This document shows positions 1 to 9,488 of a stretch of DNA of 64,000 nucleotides, in pieces; position 1 is the first letter of the stretch, and every line of letters starts with the position of its first letter. The stretch comes from a plasmid. Made by a program: the position numbers and the translations under genes. The notes beneath the pieces are model-generated. The model did not search any database, was not told where the DNA came from, and saw only the letters and a program-made list of their open reading frames with translations. Location: sequence record NZ_CP023779.1. The stretch is one strand, 5' to 3'.

Positions 1-276
1 GTGCGCACGGCCGCGGTCGCTGCGGCCCGGGCGCTGATGCAGGAGTGGAACTGGACGCGCACCCGCGCGGCGCGGGAGATAGCGGCGGGTATTCCGGTGC
101 ATCCGAACACGGTCAGCAATTGGCTGCGCGATGCGGAGCTCGCCGAGCCGGGCAGCACCGTGGCGGAGTTGCAACAGCAGGTACGCCAGCTCCAAGACCA
201 GCTGCGGGCCTCGCACACCATGACGCGCCAGCTCGTCGACGAGCGGCAGCGGCCGATCAGCAGGCGGCCGCTGTGA
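1..276 (+). CDS. hypothetical protein, possible HTH DNA-binding; 5' end may lie outside the window
   Basis: ORF opens at window edge (GTG at 1). Stop at 274-276 overlaps the GTG start of the next gene (GTGA). Basic, helix-rich sequence 'PNTVSNWLRDAELA'. Confidence 0.3.
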   Translation: MRTAAVAAARALMQEWNWTRTRAAREIAAGIPVHPNTVSNWLRDAELAEPGSTVAELQQQVRQLQDQLRASHTMTRQLVDERQRPISRRPL

Positions 277-1418
277 GCCGGATAGCCGCTGCGGCACTGG
301 CCGTTTCGGTGGCGTTCTTCTCCGTGGTCCTGCTGGCTGTGATCTTCCTGCTCGACGATGATGATTCGTCGTGCGGCGCGGGCGGCCCAGTCCTCGGGCA
401 GGGCCTCCCCGAGGTGAACGGCGTGACCTTCGCCGGACTGAACGCGAATCAGCTGCAAATCGCGAAGCTGACCGTGCAGGTCGGCGAGCAACGCCATGTG
501 TCCCAGAGCGGGATCATGGCCGCGCTGCTGGCCGCTGCCCAGGAGTCGGGCTTCAAGAACTGGGCCAACAGCAATGTCCCGGAATCGCTGTCCTATCCCC
601 ACGATGCGGTCGGGTCGGACTACGACAGCCTGGGCCCGTGGCAGATGCGCGCGAGCGTCTGGGGCAAGGACGGCATCGGCGCGCTGATGGACCCCGCGTA
701 TCAGGTGAACTGGTTCTACGACCAGGTGACCCGGCTCGACGGGTGGGAGACCCGCGCGGCCGACGAGCTGGCGGCCGATGTCGAGAACCCACGCGGTGAC
801 CTGCGGGGGATGTACGGACCGCACGAACAGATGGCCGCGCAGCTCTACCAGACCTTCACAGGTTCCGGCGGCGGATCCGCGGTGCCCGACGTTACCGGCG
901 GCTGCGCACCCGCGCCCGGAACCCCCACTCCGCCAGGTGATTTCAATACGCGAGTGCTGGCCGCCGCGCAAAAGTGGCTGGGCACCGAGTACGTGTGGGG
1001 CGGCGGAGACGAGACCGGCCCGACCGGTGGCGGGTTCGATTGCTCGGGCCTGGTCCTCTATGCGGTGGCCCAGGCGTCCAACGGCGAAATCAAGCTGCCG
1101 CACTACACCCAGTCGCAGCAGGACGATTCTCGCGGGCGCGTGATCACGCGCGACGAAATGGCGCCGGGCGACATCGTCTACTTCACCTCACCCGGCGAGC
1201 ACGACAGCCATCACGTCGGCATCGTTGCAGGTAACGGGCAAATTTTGCACGCTCCGGATACCGGAGATGTGGTCAAGTACTCGCCCTTGTCGGCGTTTGC
1301 GGGTGAGCGGTGGGACATCCGGCGCTTCGGCTCGGATTCGTCGTCGCCTTCCCCCATCGGCGCAGCGCCGTCGTCCATCACCATACCGGCTACGCCTCCG
1401 GGAGGCCCTCATGATTGA
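273..1418 (+). CDS. NlpC/P60 (C40) family peptidoglycan hydrolase with N-terminal TM segment; conjugation-associated cell-wall hydrolase
   Basis: C-terminal 'GTEYVWGGGDETGPTGGGFDCSGLVLYAV...HHVGIVAGNGQILHAPDTGDVV' is an NlpC/P60 Cys-His core. N-terminal hydrophobic helix 'AAAALAVSVAFFSVVLLAVIFLL'. Start chosen at GTG 273 overlapping the upstream stop. Confidence 0.8.
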   Translation: MSRIAAAALAVSVAFFSVVLLAVIFLLDDDDSSCGAGGPVLGQGLPEVNGVTFAGLNANQLQIAKLTVQVGEQRHVSQSGIMAALLAAAQESGFKNWANSNVPESLSYPHDAVGSDYDSLGPWQMRASVWGKDGIGALMDPAYQVNWFYDQVTRLDGWETRAADELAADVENPRGDLRGMYGPHEQMAAQLYQTFTGSGGGSAVPDVTGGCAPAPGTPTPPGDFNTRVLAAAQKWLGTEYVWGGGDETGPTGGGFDCSGLVLYAVAQASNGEIKLPHYTQSQQDDSRGRVITRDEMAPGDIVYFTSPGEHDSHHVGIVAGNGQILHAPDTGDVVKYSPLSAFAGERWDIRRFGSDSSSPSPIGAAPSSITIPATPPGGPHD

Positions 1419-1983
1419 CCGTCACATCCGCGGCCACCGCACGATCGCCATCGTGGCGGCCGCGCTCGCCCTTGTTGCTCTGGTCGCCGTGGCGGGCTGC
1501 GGGCGGCACGACCGTACGGCGCCTGCGACGACGACCTCGGCCGTTCCCGGTCCGGCCGCGCCGGCCGGAGTGGACGACCGTGATCCGGACCAGGTTCTCG
1601 CCTGGGTCGCCGCCCGGGTCTACAGCTGGCGGCCTGGCGAAGACTCTTCGCCCGCTGCGAGTTTCGACCGGGCGCGACCGCTGCTCGATCCCGTCTACAT
1701 CCGGCAGGTGGGTGCGAGCGCGGCGGGGCTGGCGAACGTCACCGGCGGCACTTGGGCGCGCTGGAGGGCCGACAAGGCTGTCGTCTCCGCGACCGCCCGT
1801 GTCACCGGTGACGATCATCCGGCCGATACCCCTACCAGCCGTCAACGGGTCGTCGCGATCGCCCAGCATGTCACCGATCCTGCCGCGCCGAGCGAACCGG
1901 ACCGGATGCTCGTCGCCTACATGATCGTCACCCGCCAGACGGGCACGGACCGGTGGCGGGTGTCGATGGTCGCTCCCCGCTAG
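1411..1983 (+). CDS. lipoprotein (signal peptide plus lipobox 'LVAVAGC')
   Basis: ATG at 1411 overlaps the previous stop (ATGATTGA). GGAGG at 1401-1405. Lipobox 'AGC' after a hydrophobic stretch. Confidence 0.6.
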   Translation: MIDRHIRGHRTIAIVAAALALVALVAVAGCGRHDRTAPATTTSAVPGPAAPAGVDDRDPDQVLAWVAARVYSWRPGEDSSPAASFDRARPLLDPVYIRQVGASAAGLANVTGGTWARWRADKAVVSATARVTGDDHPADTPTSRQRVVAIAQHVTDPAAPSEPDRMLVAYMIVTRQTGTDRWRVSMVAPR

Positions 1984-2007
1984 TCGCCTTCCAGGACAGG
2001 AGTTTTC

Positions 2008-2610
2008 ATGCATTCGTCCGCACCTGGCGCTTTTCGCGGTGCGCGGCTGTCGGCGCTGTTGTCGGGCACCGCGCGCGACGTGACCGCCGCCGAAGCCGTC
2101 GCCGCGGTGAACATGCTGCGCTGGCATGAGACATTGACCCGGTTGTTCGCCGAGCATGCCCGAATCATGGGCGTGACCACGCTCGACGCCGAGCGCAAGG
2201 CCGGATTGTCGCGCGAGCTCCTGGCCCAGGTCGACACCGTGGCACGCCTGAACCCGATCCAGCCGTATCCGCTGGTGCTGCCCTCATCCGCGCCGCCCGG
2301 TCTCGTCGATACCGCGGTGCGGGTGCTGGTGGCGCTGCTCCTCGCTGCTGGCGGTAGCGGCACAGCCGATCCGCTCACGAGCTGGCTGCGGGACGAGACG
2401 TTCACCGAGGCCGCCGCGTTCGTGGCGAGCAGTGACGCGGCGGTGCTGATCGAATTCGCCGCCGCTCCCGCGCCGATCCGCGAGGGCGCGCTCGACCTGG
2501 TGAAGGCGTGGCTGGCTGGAGCCGAGTCGTTCGTGGCGCCGGTGCCGCTCGGCGGACGGGCGAATGATGCAGCGGCACAAGGCTTTACCGCAGGAGGAGA
2601 GAACCAGTGA
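2008..2610 (+). CDS. hypothetical protein
   Basis: 200-aa ORF on the same strand as neighbours. GC3-rich. Stop overlaps the next start. Confidence 0.45.
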   Translation: MHSSAPGAFRGARLSALLSGTARDVTAAEAVAAVNMLRWHETLTRLFAEHARIMGVTTLDAERKAGLSRELLAQVDTVARLNPIQPYPLVLPSSAPPGLVDTAVRVLVALLLAAGGSGTADPLTSWLRDETFTEAAAFVASSDAAVLIEFAAAPAPIREGALDLVKAWLAGAESFVAPVPLGGRANDAAAQGFTAGGENQ

Positions 2611-3086
2611 TGCAGATCGTCGATATCGCCGCCGAGCACGTGGTCGATTGGGTAGTTCGTGAGTTGCCGGTCGCCGCGCTCCGGGGTGTAACGCGGGAGG
2701 ATCTGGCCTCGCCGATCATCTGTCAGCCGCCGATCACCGCCCGCACCGTGAACAGCCGCACCGGCCTGCGCCGCTACCAGCCGCCGCTACGGCGCGCCGC
2801 GCTCACGCTGAGCGACCCGATCGGCGACCACTGGGCATCCTCGTGGGAGCTTGAGGCGTTCATGTACGCCGAAATCGGTTCCGAAATCTGGGATTTCGCC
2901 CATGACATCGAGACCGCGATGCGACGCAACGGCGGACACCACGCGGGCTTCTGGGCCCTGCGAGTGGTGCGCACAGCGTATCTGCTCAACCCGGGCGCGA
3001 CCGCCGCGCATGTGCGCCTGTCTCATCAGGCGTTCGTCGACCGCGCGGTCCTCGACGGTCTCGGCCGACTGGAGCTGTGCAGCTGA
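2607..3086 (+). CDS. hypothetical protein
   Basis: 159-aa ORF. Start overlaps the upstream stop (GTGATG). Confidence 0.45.
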   Translation: MMQIVDIAAEHVVDWVVRELPVAALRGVTREDLASPIICQPPITARTVNSRTGLRRYQPPLRRAALTLSDPIGDHWASSWELEAFMYAEIGSEIWDFAHDIETAMRRNGGHHAGFWALRVVRTAYLLNPGATAAHVRLSHQAFVDRAVLDGLGRLELCS

Positions 3087-3132
3087 CCCGGCCCCCTGTC
3101 GACCCATCTACCAGCGATTACGGAGGCATCCC

Positions 3133-4068
3133 ATGCAACCTCAGCAGGAAGACGAGCAGATCGTCGCCGAGCATGCGGTGATCGTGCAGGCGGCCGCACG
3201 GGCACTCATCGCCGCGCGTCGCGCCGTCCAGCGACACATCCGCCAGCAAGAGGCCCGCGCCGAGGCCCTCGCCCGCGCCGCCCATCGGCACACCCAGCGC
3301 AGCAACCAGGCTCGCGCCACCGTCGATCGCGAACGGGCCCAACGCAATAAGGAAGTCACCGCGCAGCACGAGCGCGAAGCGCTCATCGCGCGATGGGCTG
3401 CGGCCGAGGCAGCGCGTGAGCACGCCGCCGACGTCGCCGATGCCTGGTCGGAACGACTGCGGGAGGCCGGTATCGACCCTGAGCAAGTCAAGACGGCGGC
3501 CGCCGAGATCGACGCGGCCGGTGTGGCCGCGCCCGACCCGGCCGCCGCGCACACTGCGGCCGTGCAGGCCGCCGACCTGGTGCAGGATGTCGTGGTCGAG
3601 CAGCTGGCCGAGGAATTCGTCGAACAGCAGCTCACCGCCGCCGAGGCCGCCGCCGCGCTTGCCGATCCCGGCCCCGATGCCGAGGTCGGCGACACCCCGG
3701 ATCCAGATGACGGGAAATCACTGACCGAGCGGCTGCGTGGCACCGTGCCCGATGCGTCACTCGATGCGCCGTTCGCAGCCTGGAAACTCGCCGACCATGC
3801 CTTCGAGGAACTGGTCGACAAGGGTGCCAGTCCTCGCGAACTCGTCGCGGCCGCACGGCACTGCGCCACCGGCCGAGAAGCGGTCATGTCGATGAACGAT
3901 CTGATCGAACAGAAGAAGGAACACGCCGAAGCGGCCGAGATCCGGCGGCTCATCGCCGCGACCAAGGTGAACCGGGGCACCGCCGAGCAAGCACCGGAGC
4001 AGACTCCGCGCCCGCTCCCGGTCGAAGTCGCCGCGGAGCGAAACATCGCCGTGGAGATGGGTCGATGA
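3133..4068 (+). CDS. Ala/Glu-rich coiled-coil protein
   Basis: ATG 3133 preceded by GGAGG (3123-3127). Strongly helical A/E/R-rich sequence. Stop overlaps the coupling-protein start (ATGA). Confidence 0.5.
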   Translation: MQPQQEDEQIVAEHAVIVQAAARALIAARRAVQRHIRQQEARAEALARAAHRHTQRSNQARATVDRERAQRNKEVTAQHEREALIARWAAAEAAREHAADVADAWSERLREAGIDPEQVKTAAAEIDAAGVAAPDPAAAHTAAVQAADLVQDVVVEQLAEEFVEQQLTAAEAAAALADPGPDAEVGDTPDPDDGKSLTERLRGTVPDASLDAPFAAWKLADHAFEELVDKGASPRELVAAARHCATGREAVMSMNDLIEQKKEHAEAAEIRRLIAATKVNRGTAEQAPEQTPRPLPVEVAAERNIAVEMGR

Positions 4069-5855
4069 GTAGCCACCGCACACAGGCCCCCGCCCACCAT
4101 CGGTCCGGATGGACCGCCCTCCTGATCCTGCTCTGCGCGGGGCTGGTCCTGGGCTCGGCCGCATACGGCGCCTGGTGGCTGGCGGCGTGGCTGAGCGGCG
4201 ATCCCACCCCCACGAACCCGCTGGCCGTCGCGATCGGAACCACGACGTTCCAGGCCCGCTGGTCACCGCTGGCGACGGCGTTCACGGTGATCACCGAATC
4301 GGCGCTGATCGGTGGCGCGATCCGGGCGGCGCGGTCGTGGCGCAGCGTTTCTCAACTCGACCAGCGCGCCACGGCGATGGCCACGCCGCGGGAACTGTCC
4401 GAGGTCGCTGGTCGCAGCGCGATCGACAAGGCGAAACGGCTACGCCCGGATGCCGATGTCTCCCAGCCCGGCGGCATCGGATTGGCGGTCGGCACGACGG
4501 TGCAGGGCGGCGTGGGGGTGTACCAATCCTGGGAGGACATGCTGATCGCCTTCGCCGGCCCGCGCACGGGCAAAACCGCGGGCCTGGCGATCGGCGCGGT
4601 GATCGACGGTCCCGGCGCGGTGATCGCGACCAGCAGCAAGCGCGATCTGCGCGACCACACCCGCGGCGTCCGGGAGGGCAAGGGCAGCCGCGTGTGGGAG
4701 TCGGATCTCCAGGGGGTCACCGGTGATCCGCATCAAGAGTTCTGCTGGAACCCGCTCGGTGCCGTCACCAGCCTGAAGGCGGCGCGGCGGCTCGCGGCCC
4801 GGTTCGTGGCGGCCGAGAGAATCGAAGACGCGCGCCTGGATGGCTACTTCGACGGGGGCGCGGCCGAGTTGCTGGCCATTCATTTCCTCGCGGCCGCTGT
4901 CGCCGGAGGCGACATCCTGCACGCCTATGCGCTCCTATCGCAGGAAGAGAGTCAGCTCGCCTACAAGCTCCTCGTCGACAGTGGCCAGCTGCCCGCCGCG
5001 ACGAAACTGCGCACCGCGCAACGGTTGTACCCCAAACAACGCGACGGCCTGTACGACGTGGCCCGCCGGAATCTCAATGTCCTGACCGACCCCGACTATC
5101 TGAGAACGGTGCTGCCACCCCGCCGGATCCAGATTCCCGGCGACACCACCGAACTGGGCGCCTGGATGCCGACGCACACTCTGCCCGAGTTCGACCCGGC
5201 GGCGTTCGTGCGGTCGGCCGATGTGCTCTACGCACTGTCGGAAGAGGGCGCGGACTCCGCGGCAGCGCTCACCACAGCGCTCGTGGGCCGGGTCATCGAC
5301 GAGGCCCGCGCGCTGGCGCGCCGCAGCCCCGGCGGCCGGATGCCGGTGCCGATGGTCGCGGTTCTCGACGAAGCGGCCAACTGCTGCAAATTGCCCGATC
5401 TGCCCATGTGGTACAGCACTCTCGGATCCCAAGGGATCCTGTTTGAGACCTATCTCCACTCCCCAGCCCAGGGCGCGCGCGTATGGGGCGCCAGCCAGCT
5501 CGACGAGATGGTGTCGGCCGCGAACATCCACTACTACGGCGGCAGCGTCAAAGACATGGCCTACCTGGAAACGATCTCCAAGGCCATCGGAGAGCACGAC
5601 GTGCCGCGGTGGGCCGCGAGCCACAGTGAGCACGGTGTCTCGCATTCGCAGTCCTGGAGCACTGAGCTCGCGGTGCCGGTGTCGATGCTGTTCCAGCTGC
5701 CCAAGGACCGCGCCATCGTCATGACCAGCGGCAACGCGCCGGTCCTGGTCCGTAAATCGTTCTGGACCGACCGGCCCGACGCCGCCGAGATCCGGAAATC
5801 GAACGCCAAGTACGGCGTGGACGCCGAAGAAGAATCCGCGAAGGAGTTGCTGTGA
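4065..5855 (+). CDS. type IV secretion coupling protein (TraG/TraD/VirD4 family ATPase)
   Basis: N-terminal TM helices. Walker A 'FAGPRTGKTAG'. Walker B-like 'MVAVLDEAANCCK'. Size 596 aa. Sits next to a DUF4913-like gene as in actinobacterial T4SS elements. Confidence 0.85.
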   Translation: MSSHRTQAPAHHRSGWTALLILLCAGLVLGSAAYGAWWLAAWLSGDPTPTNPLAVAIGTTTFQARWSPLATAFTVITESALIGGAIRAARSWRSVSQLDQRATAMATPRELSEVAGRSAIDKAKRLRPDADVSQPGGIGLAVGTTVQGGVGVYQSWEDMLIAFAGPRTGKTAGLAIGAVIDGPGAVIATSSKRDLRDHTRGVREGKGSRVWESDLQGVTGDPHQEFCWNPLGAVTSLKAARRLAARFVAAERIEDARLDGYFDGGAAELLAIHFLAAAVAGGDILHAYALLSQEESQLAYKLLVDSGQLPAATKLRTAQRLYPKQRDGLYDVARRNLNVLTDPDYLRTVLPPRRIQIPGDTTELGAWMPTHTLPEFDPAAFVRSADVLYALSEEGADSAAALTTALVGRVIDEARALARRSPGGRMPVPMVAVLDEAANCCKLPDLPMWYSTLGSQGILFETYLHSPAQGARVWGASQLDEMVSAANIHYYGGSVKDMAYLETISKAIGEHDVPRWAASHSEHGVSHSQSWSTELAVPVSMLFQLPKDRAIVMTSGNAPVLVRKSFWTDRPDAAEIRKSNAKYGVDAEEESAKELL

Positions 5856-6265
5856 CTACCGCCGAGGACACCGAACCCGAGGTCACCGATGTCTACACCG
5901 ACGCGGGCGAGTGGTTCGACCACTGGCTCGCGCCCGCGCTCGCCGACGGCAAATGGCAGGGCGGCGGCAAAGGCAAGCTGGTGTGCCCGCAGTGGTACCG
6001 GCATCGGATGGTGGCGCTACGCGTCGACGCCCTGTGGCAGGAATGGGAGAAAGCCAACCGCGAGGGCGCGATGTCGAGTTGGTGGGTGTACCACTTCGAC
6101 GCGCACGCTCGCGCCATTTTCGACGGCGAGACCGGCCCCATGTACCTGTGCTCGCCCGACAAGCACCACGAAACCCCCGATCCGCTCACACCACGCCCTG
6201 TCCCACCGGGCTGGTTCGACCAGTCGGGCACCGGCGGGCCCGATTTCCGCGTGCTCACCAACTGA
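5852..6265 (+). CDS. DUF4913-like protein (conserved partner of TraG in actinobacterial conjugative elements)
   Basis: AAGGAG at 5841-5846. GTG start overlaps the TraG stop. 137 aa 'WFDHWLAP...WYRHRMVALRVDALWQEWEKANREG' recalled as the DUF4913 pattern (not verified). Confidence 0.65.
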   Translation: MTTAEDTEPEVTDVYTDAGEWFDHWLAPALADGKWQGGGKGKLVCPQWYRHRMVALRVDALWQEWEKANREGAMSSWWVYHFDAHARAIFDGETGPMYLCSPDKHHETPDPLTPRPVPPGWFDQSGTGGPDFRVLTN

Positions 6266-6286
6266 CTGTCGAAAAAGGATTCGACC

Positions 6287-6439
6287 ATGCAAACCGACAC
6301 AGTTGAAGTTGCGGCCTGGTGGCGCACTGCCGGGATGAACGTCCCCGGCGGTCCCGCCGTCGCCCGGGTGGTGCATTCCTCCGGGCTATGCCTGGCGCTG
6401 GCGGTGCTGGCCGCCGACCCCGGAGAGACGCCGCTGTGA
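6287..6439 (+). CDS. small hypothetical protein (50 aa)
   Basis: ATG with an upstream AAGGA. Not in the ORF track (below its length cut-off). Weak call. Confidence 0.25.
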   Translation: MQTDTVEVAAWWRTAGMNVPGGPAVARVVHSSGLCLALAVLAADPGETPL

Positions 6440-6574
6440 TGGGGCGGCCGCGGGCCCGGGGCCCGCCTGTCGCGTCACGAGCGGTGCGTGAGACCGCTAC
6501 GGGCACAACGACATCCAACGCCCGTCACCGCTCGTGCCGAAGTTGTCCAACCATCCATTGCAGAGGGGAAATCA

Positions 6575-7186
6575 GTGATCACTCGTCGTCGCACCACCGT
6601 TCTCGCAAGCCGGGCTGTCGCACTATGCGCGCTGCCCGTGGCAGCAACGATGATGTGTGCAGTCGCGCAGGCCGCGCCGATCGAGCAGACTGCGGTCACC
6701 GCCTCGGCGGCGGCCGTCCAGCCTGCGCCGGTGCCGCCCGCGGCGACTCCGATCGACGGGCCCGCGCCGGGCCCGGACATGACGAAGGTGAATAACGCCG
6801 CGCTGGCTGGCGCGGGCATCGGCGCCGTGGCCGCCGGGGTTCCGGCGGCGGTCATCGGCGGTGTCGGCGGCGCGGTCGCCGGTGGCGTCGCCGGAGCCGG
6901 GGCCGGGTTCCTGGTGGGCATCGGCGCCCCGGCCGCCGCGACCCTCGGCGCTGCCGTCGCAGGCTGCGTGACGACCGGGTGCGTGATCGACGTGCCCGTG
7001 TTCGTCGCCGGGCTGGCGGCCGAGGCCGCCGGGGCGGCCGGTGGCATCGCGGCGGGCACCGCGATCGGTGCGGGTGTGGGCGGTGCGGCCGGTGCGGCGG
7101 CGCTGGGTCTGCCTGCGGCGGCCGTCGGCGCGGGCATCGGCGCCGCCATCGGCGCCGGAGCGGGTGCAGCCGGTGTGACCCCGTAG
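6575..7186 (+). CDS. secreted Gly/Ala-rich low-complexity protein
   Basis: GTG at 6575 after 'AGAGGGGAAA'. N-terminal signal peptide 'AVALCALPVAATMMCAVAQA'. Long G/A/V/I-rich repeats. Compositionally similar to the gene at 59872..61290. Confidence 0.55.
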   Translation: MITRRRTTVLASRAVALCALPVAATMMCAVAQAAPIEQTAVTASAAAVQPAPVPPAATPIDGPAPGPDMTKVNNAALAGAGIGAVAAGVPAAVIGGVGGAVAGGVAGAGAGFLVGIGAPAAATLGAAVAGCVTTGCVIDVPVFVAGLAAEAAGAAGGIAAGTAIGAGVGGAAGAAALGLPAAAVGAGIGAAIGAGAGAAGVTP

Positions 7187-7237
7187 GTTCAGCGCCTCCC
7201 CATCGCAGGGTGCCGGAATGATATTCCGGTCTAGCGT

Positions 7238-7268
7238 GATCGCGGCCCCGATCTGTCCGCAGGTCGGG
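7238..7268. terminator. GC-rich hairpin downstream of the Gly-rich gene
   Basis: 'GCGGCCCCG'-N13-'CGGGGCCGC' 9-bp stem. No T-tract, which is common in high-GC actinobacteria. Confidence 0.35.
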
Positions 7269-7384
7269 GCCGCTGCGCTGTCCAGGATTGTGCGTGCTCC
7301 GCCGCCTGCCGCGCTACTTCCCGAGCGGCCTCGCAGGTGAGATCCTGATCTTGGGAGGGGGGCAGGAAGGCGAAGGAGGTAGAG

Positions 7385-7567
7385 ATGTCGAAGTCCGGTG
7401 GCAAGGGTGGCCACACCGGCGGCGGCAAGATGTCCGGCGCCAGGGCCTCCGCGATCCAGAGTGCCGCAGCCCGCAATCCCAGTTCCAGCACCGCCAAATC
7501 AGGGTTCGCCAGCCGGGCACAGTCCGCGGCCGCGACCAACTCCAACAGCGGCGCAGGAAAGAAATAG
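7385..7567 (+). CDS. small basic Gly/Ser/Lys-rich protein (KGG-repeat stress-protein-like)
   Basis: Strong RBS 'GAAGGAGG' 6 nt upstream of the ATG. 60 aa 'MSKSGGKGGHTGGGKMSGARAS...' resembles KGG-motif repeat proteins. Confidence 0.45.
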   Translation: MSKSGGKGGHTGGGKMSGARASAIQSAAARNPSSSTAKSGFASRAQSAAATNSNSGAGKK

Positions 7568-8042
7568 CAACAGCCACAACCGGTTTCACGATGCCCTGAG
7601 ACTCAACCCCCAGGGCATCACTGCGTTAGCGCCGGATCCGGCCGGTTACACCACCACCGCTTTACCGCCTCGATCGCGGGTTGCAACGCGCTCTCGTCAC
7701 CCGGCCCGGACCGGCCGGGGGCCGGGATTCGAGCGTCTCGAGCAACCGGTCCAGCCGGGCACGGATCTGCTCCGGCATGGGGGGTGCACAATGCGCTCAT
7801 CGGCTCCGAGTCGGCGTAGAAGATCACTGATCTCGCTGGCTTCGTGCACTGACCTCGGTCGCACTGTTACCCCCTGTCTGTCACCGTCACCACTGCCTAT
7901 TGTCGGCGCACCGGCGGCCGGTCACGGGTCGGGGCCCGGTCGGGCCACCGCGGCGCGGTCTGCTCGTCGGGACGTGTGGTGTCGAATCCGCCGCTGACCG
8001 GGGCCGAGTGTGTAGCCACAGCGGCGCGTAGGGTGGGCGACC

Positions 8043-8333
8043 ATGCCGTACGAGCTTCCGGAGTGGGCCGCCGCGCGATTGCGCGGGGTGACCGTCGCCG
8101 AGGTGTTCCAGGTGCTCAGGGCGCGTCGCAAATGGGCGCGCCCGTCGACGGGGAGCGACCTACGGGTCACACTGATAGCAGGTAGGACCGACGCCGGTCG
8201 GCCGATCCTGGTGGCGGTGCACCAAGACGCACCGTTTCACTCGGTGATCATCGCCGCTGGTGAGCTGACCGGCGATAATCTGGATGCGTTCACGAGATGG
8301 GAGGCCGAGACCGATGAGCCGTTCGAAGGATGA
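8043..8333 (+). CDS. BrnT-like (DUF497) toxin candidate
   Basis: 96 aa. 'RVTLIAGRTDAGRPILVAVH...VIIAAGE' resembles the BrnT core. Followed by an overlapping RHH-type gene, as in BrnT/BrnA. Not verified. Confidence 0.4.
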   Translation: MPYELPEWAAARLRGVTVAEVFQVLRARRKWARPSTGSDLRVTLIAGRTDAGRPILVAVHQDAPFHSVIIAAGELTGDNLDAFTRWEAETDEPFEG

Positions 8334-8652
8334 CACGGCGGCGCTGTATGACGCGCTGGTCCAGGCCCATGGGCCCGATTTCGACATCGACAGCTTCGTG
8401 CCGGATCCAGAGGCCGCGCCGGTGGAGGTGCCGCCGCTGGAGAACCCCGACGAGCTGGTGATGACGCAGGCCGTGACGTTGCAGTTGTCATGGCCGGTGT
8501 TGCAGCGACTTCAGGCCCGCGCCGCACAGGCCGGTGCGAGCGTCGACGAGCTCGTGTCGGAATGGGTGACGGTGGAGGCGTCGGCCGAGGACACCGTGCC
8601 GCGCGATGCGATCTTGCACATGCTCGCTCAGCGTCAGCGGCGTTCGGCCTGA
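8314..8652 (+). CDS. ribbon-helix-helix antitoxin candidate (BrnA-like)
   Basis: ATG 8314 overlaps the toxin 3' end. C-terminal 'VTLQLSWPVLQRLQARAAQAGASVDELVSEWV' is an RHH-like motif. Confidence 0.4.
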   Translation: MSRSKDDTAALYDALVQAHGPDFDIDSFVPDPEAAPVEVPPLENPDELVMTQAVTLQLSWPVLQRLQARAAQAGASVDELVSEWVTVEASAEDTVPRDAILHMLAQRQRRSA

Positions 8653-8714
8653 GCGTTTCGGCTTCGTCGACCTCGAGGGCCCGGCCTGATGCCGGGCCCT
8701 CGGTCTGTCTGCGG

Positions 8715-9095
8715 TCAGGCCGCGTCGCGCGGGGCGCGGGTGACCTTGGCGGTCTGGGTCGCCAGGTCGACGGCCACCCTGGTGGCCCGCAGTTCGAGGG
8801 TGGCCCGCGGCTGGCCCTCGCGGTCGGTCCAGGCATCGGCGGTGAGCCGATCGCCCTGGACGGTGACCAGGGTGCCCTTGGCGAGGCTGTCGACGACGTG
8901 CTCGCCGAGCTTTCCCCAGGCGGTGACGCGGATGCTGGTGGTGTGGGCGTCGACCCATGCGCCGCTGTTCTCGTCGTAGCGGCGATCGTTGCCGATCACG
9001 ACGAACGAGGTGACGGTCTTGCCGGTGGGGGTGACGCGCAGTTCGGCCGGGTCGTCGGCGAGGTGACCGGTGATCTCGACAGTGACGGCAGTCAT
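8715..9095 (-). CDS. ssb: single-stranded DNA-binding protein
   Basis: 127 aa OB-fold 'MTAVTVEITGHLADDPELRVTPTGKTVTSFVVIGNDRRYDENSGAWVDAHTTSIRVTAWGKLGE'. AGGAG RBS upstream. Confidence 0.8.
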   Translation of the reverse strand: MTAVTVEITGHLADDPAELRVTPTGKTVTSFVVIGNDRRYDENSGAWVDAHTTSIRVTAWGKLGEHVVDSLAKGTLVTVQGDRLTADAWTDREGQPRATLELRATRVAVDLATQTAKVTRAPRDAA

Positions 9096-9331
9096 GATGT
9101 GCTCCTGAAGGTTTCGGCGGGTCCGGGCTGGTCCGGGTGGTTTCCCGCTTCCGGGGTTGGACGTGGGATGCGGGGCCCGGGGGCCGGCGGGAGGCCAAGG
9201 CTCGGAGCGCAGCGACGACATGTTTCGGCCTTGGCGTGCGGACGGTGCTCGGGCATCGTGGCTCGGGGCCAACTCGGGGGCGGGTGTGCCGCCGTGGCCA
9301 TTGCGGTACCCCGAAACCTTCAGGAGCACAT
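9096..9331. repeat. 22-bp perfect inverted repeat pair flanking ~190 bp, immediately upstream of ssb
   Basis: 9096-9117 'GATGTGCTCCTGAAGGTTTCGG' is the exact reverse complement of 9310-9331 'CCGAAACCTTCAGGAGCACATC'. Confidence 0.6.
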
Positions 9332-9488
9332 CATCACTCGGCGGCATCGGCGGATTCGGGCGTTGGGGTGAGGGCCCGGCCGAACTGCGCGTCACCCCAC
9401 GGCCGGGTAACGGCGTGGTGATCGGCGGCGAGCTGGTGTCACGCGCAGTGTCGCGGAGATGGGTGTGCCGTGCTCCGGCGGCGGCCGG

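Noticed and set aside
7398-7997. 199-aa plus-strand ORF, Pro/Arg-rich
   Set aside because: No RBS. It overlaps the well-supported small gene at 7385..7567 in another frame. Low-complexity sequence.
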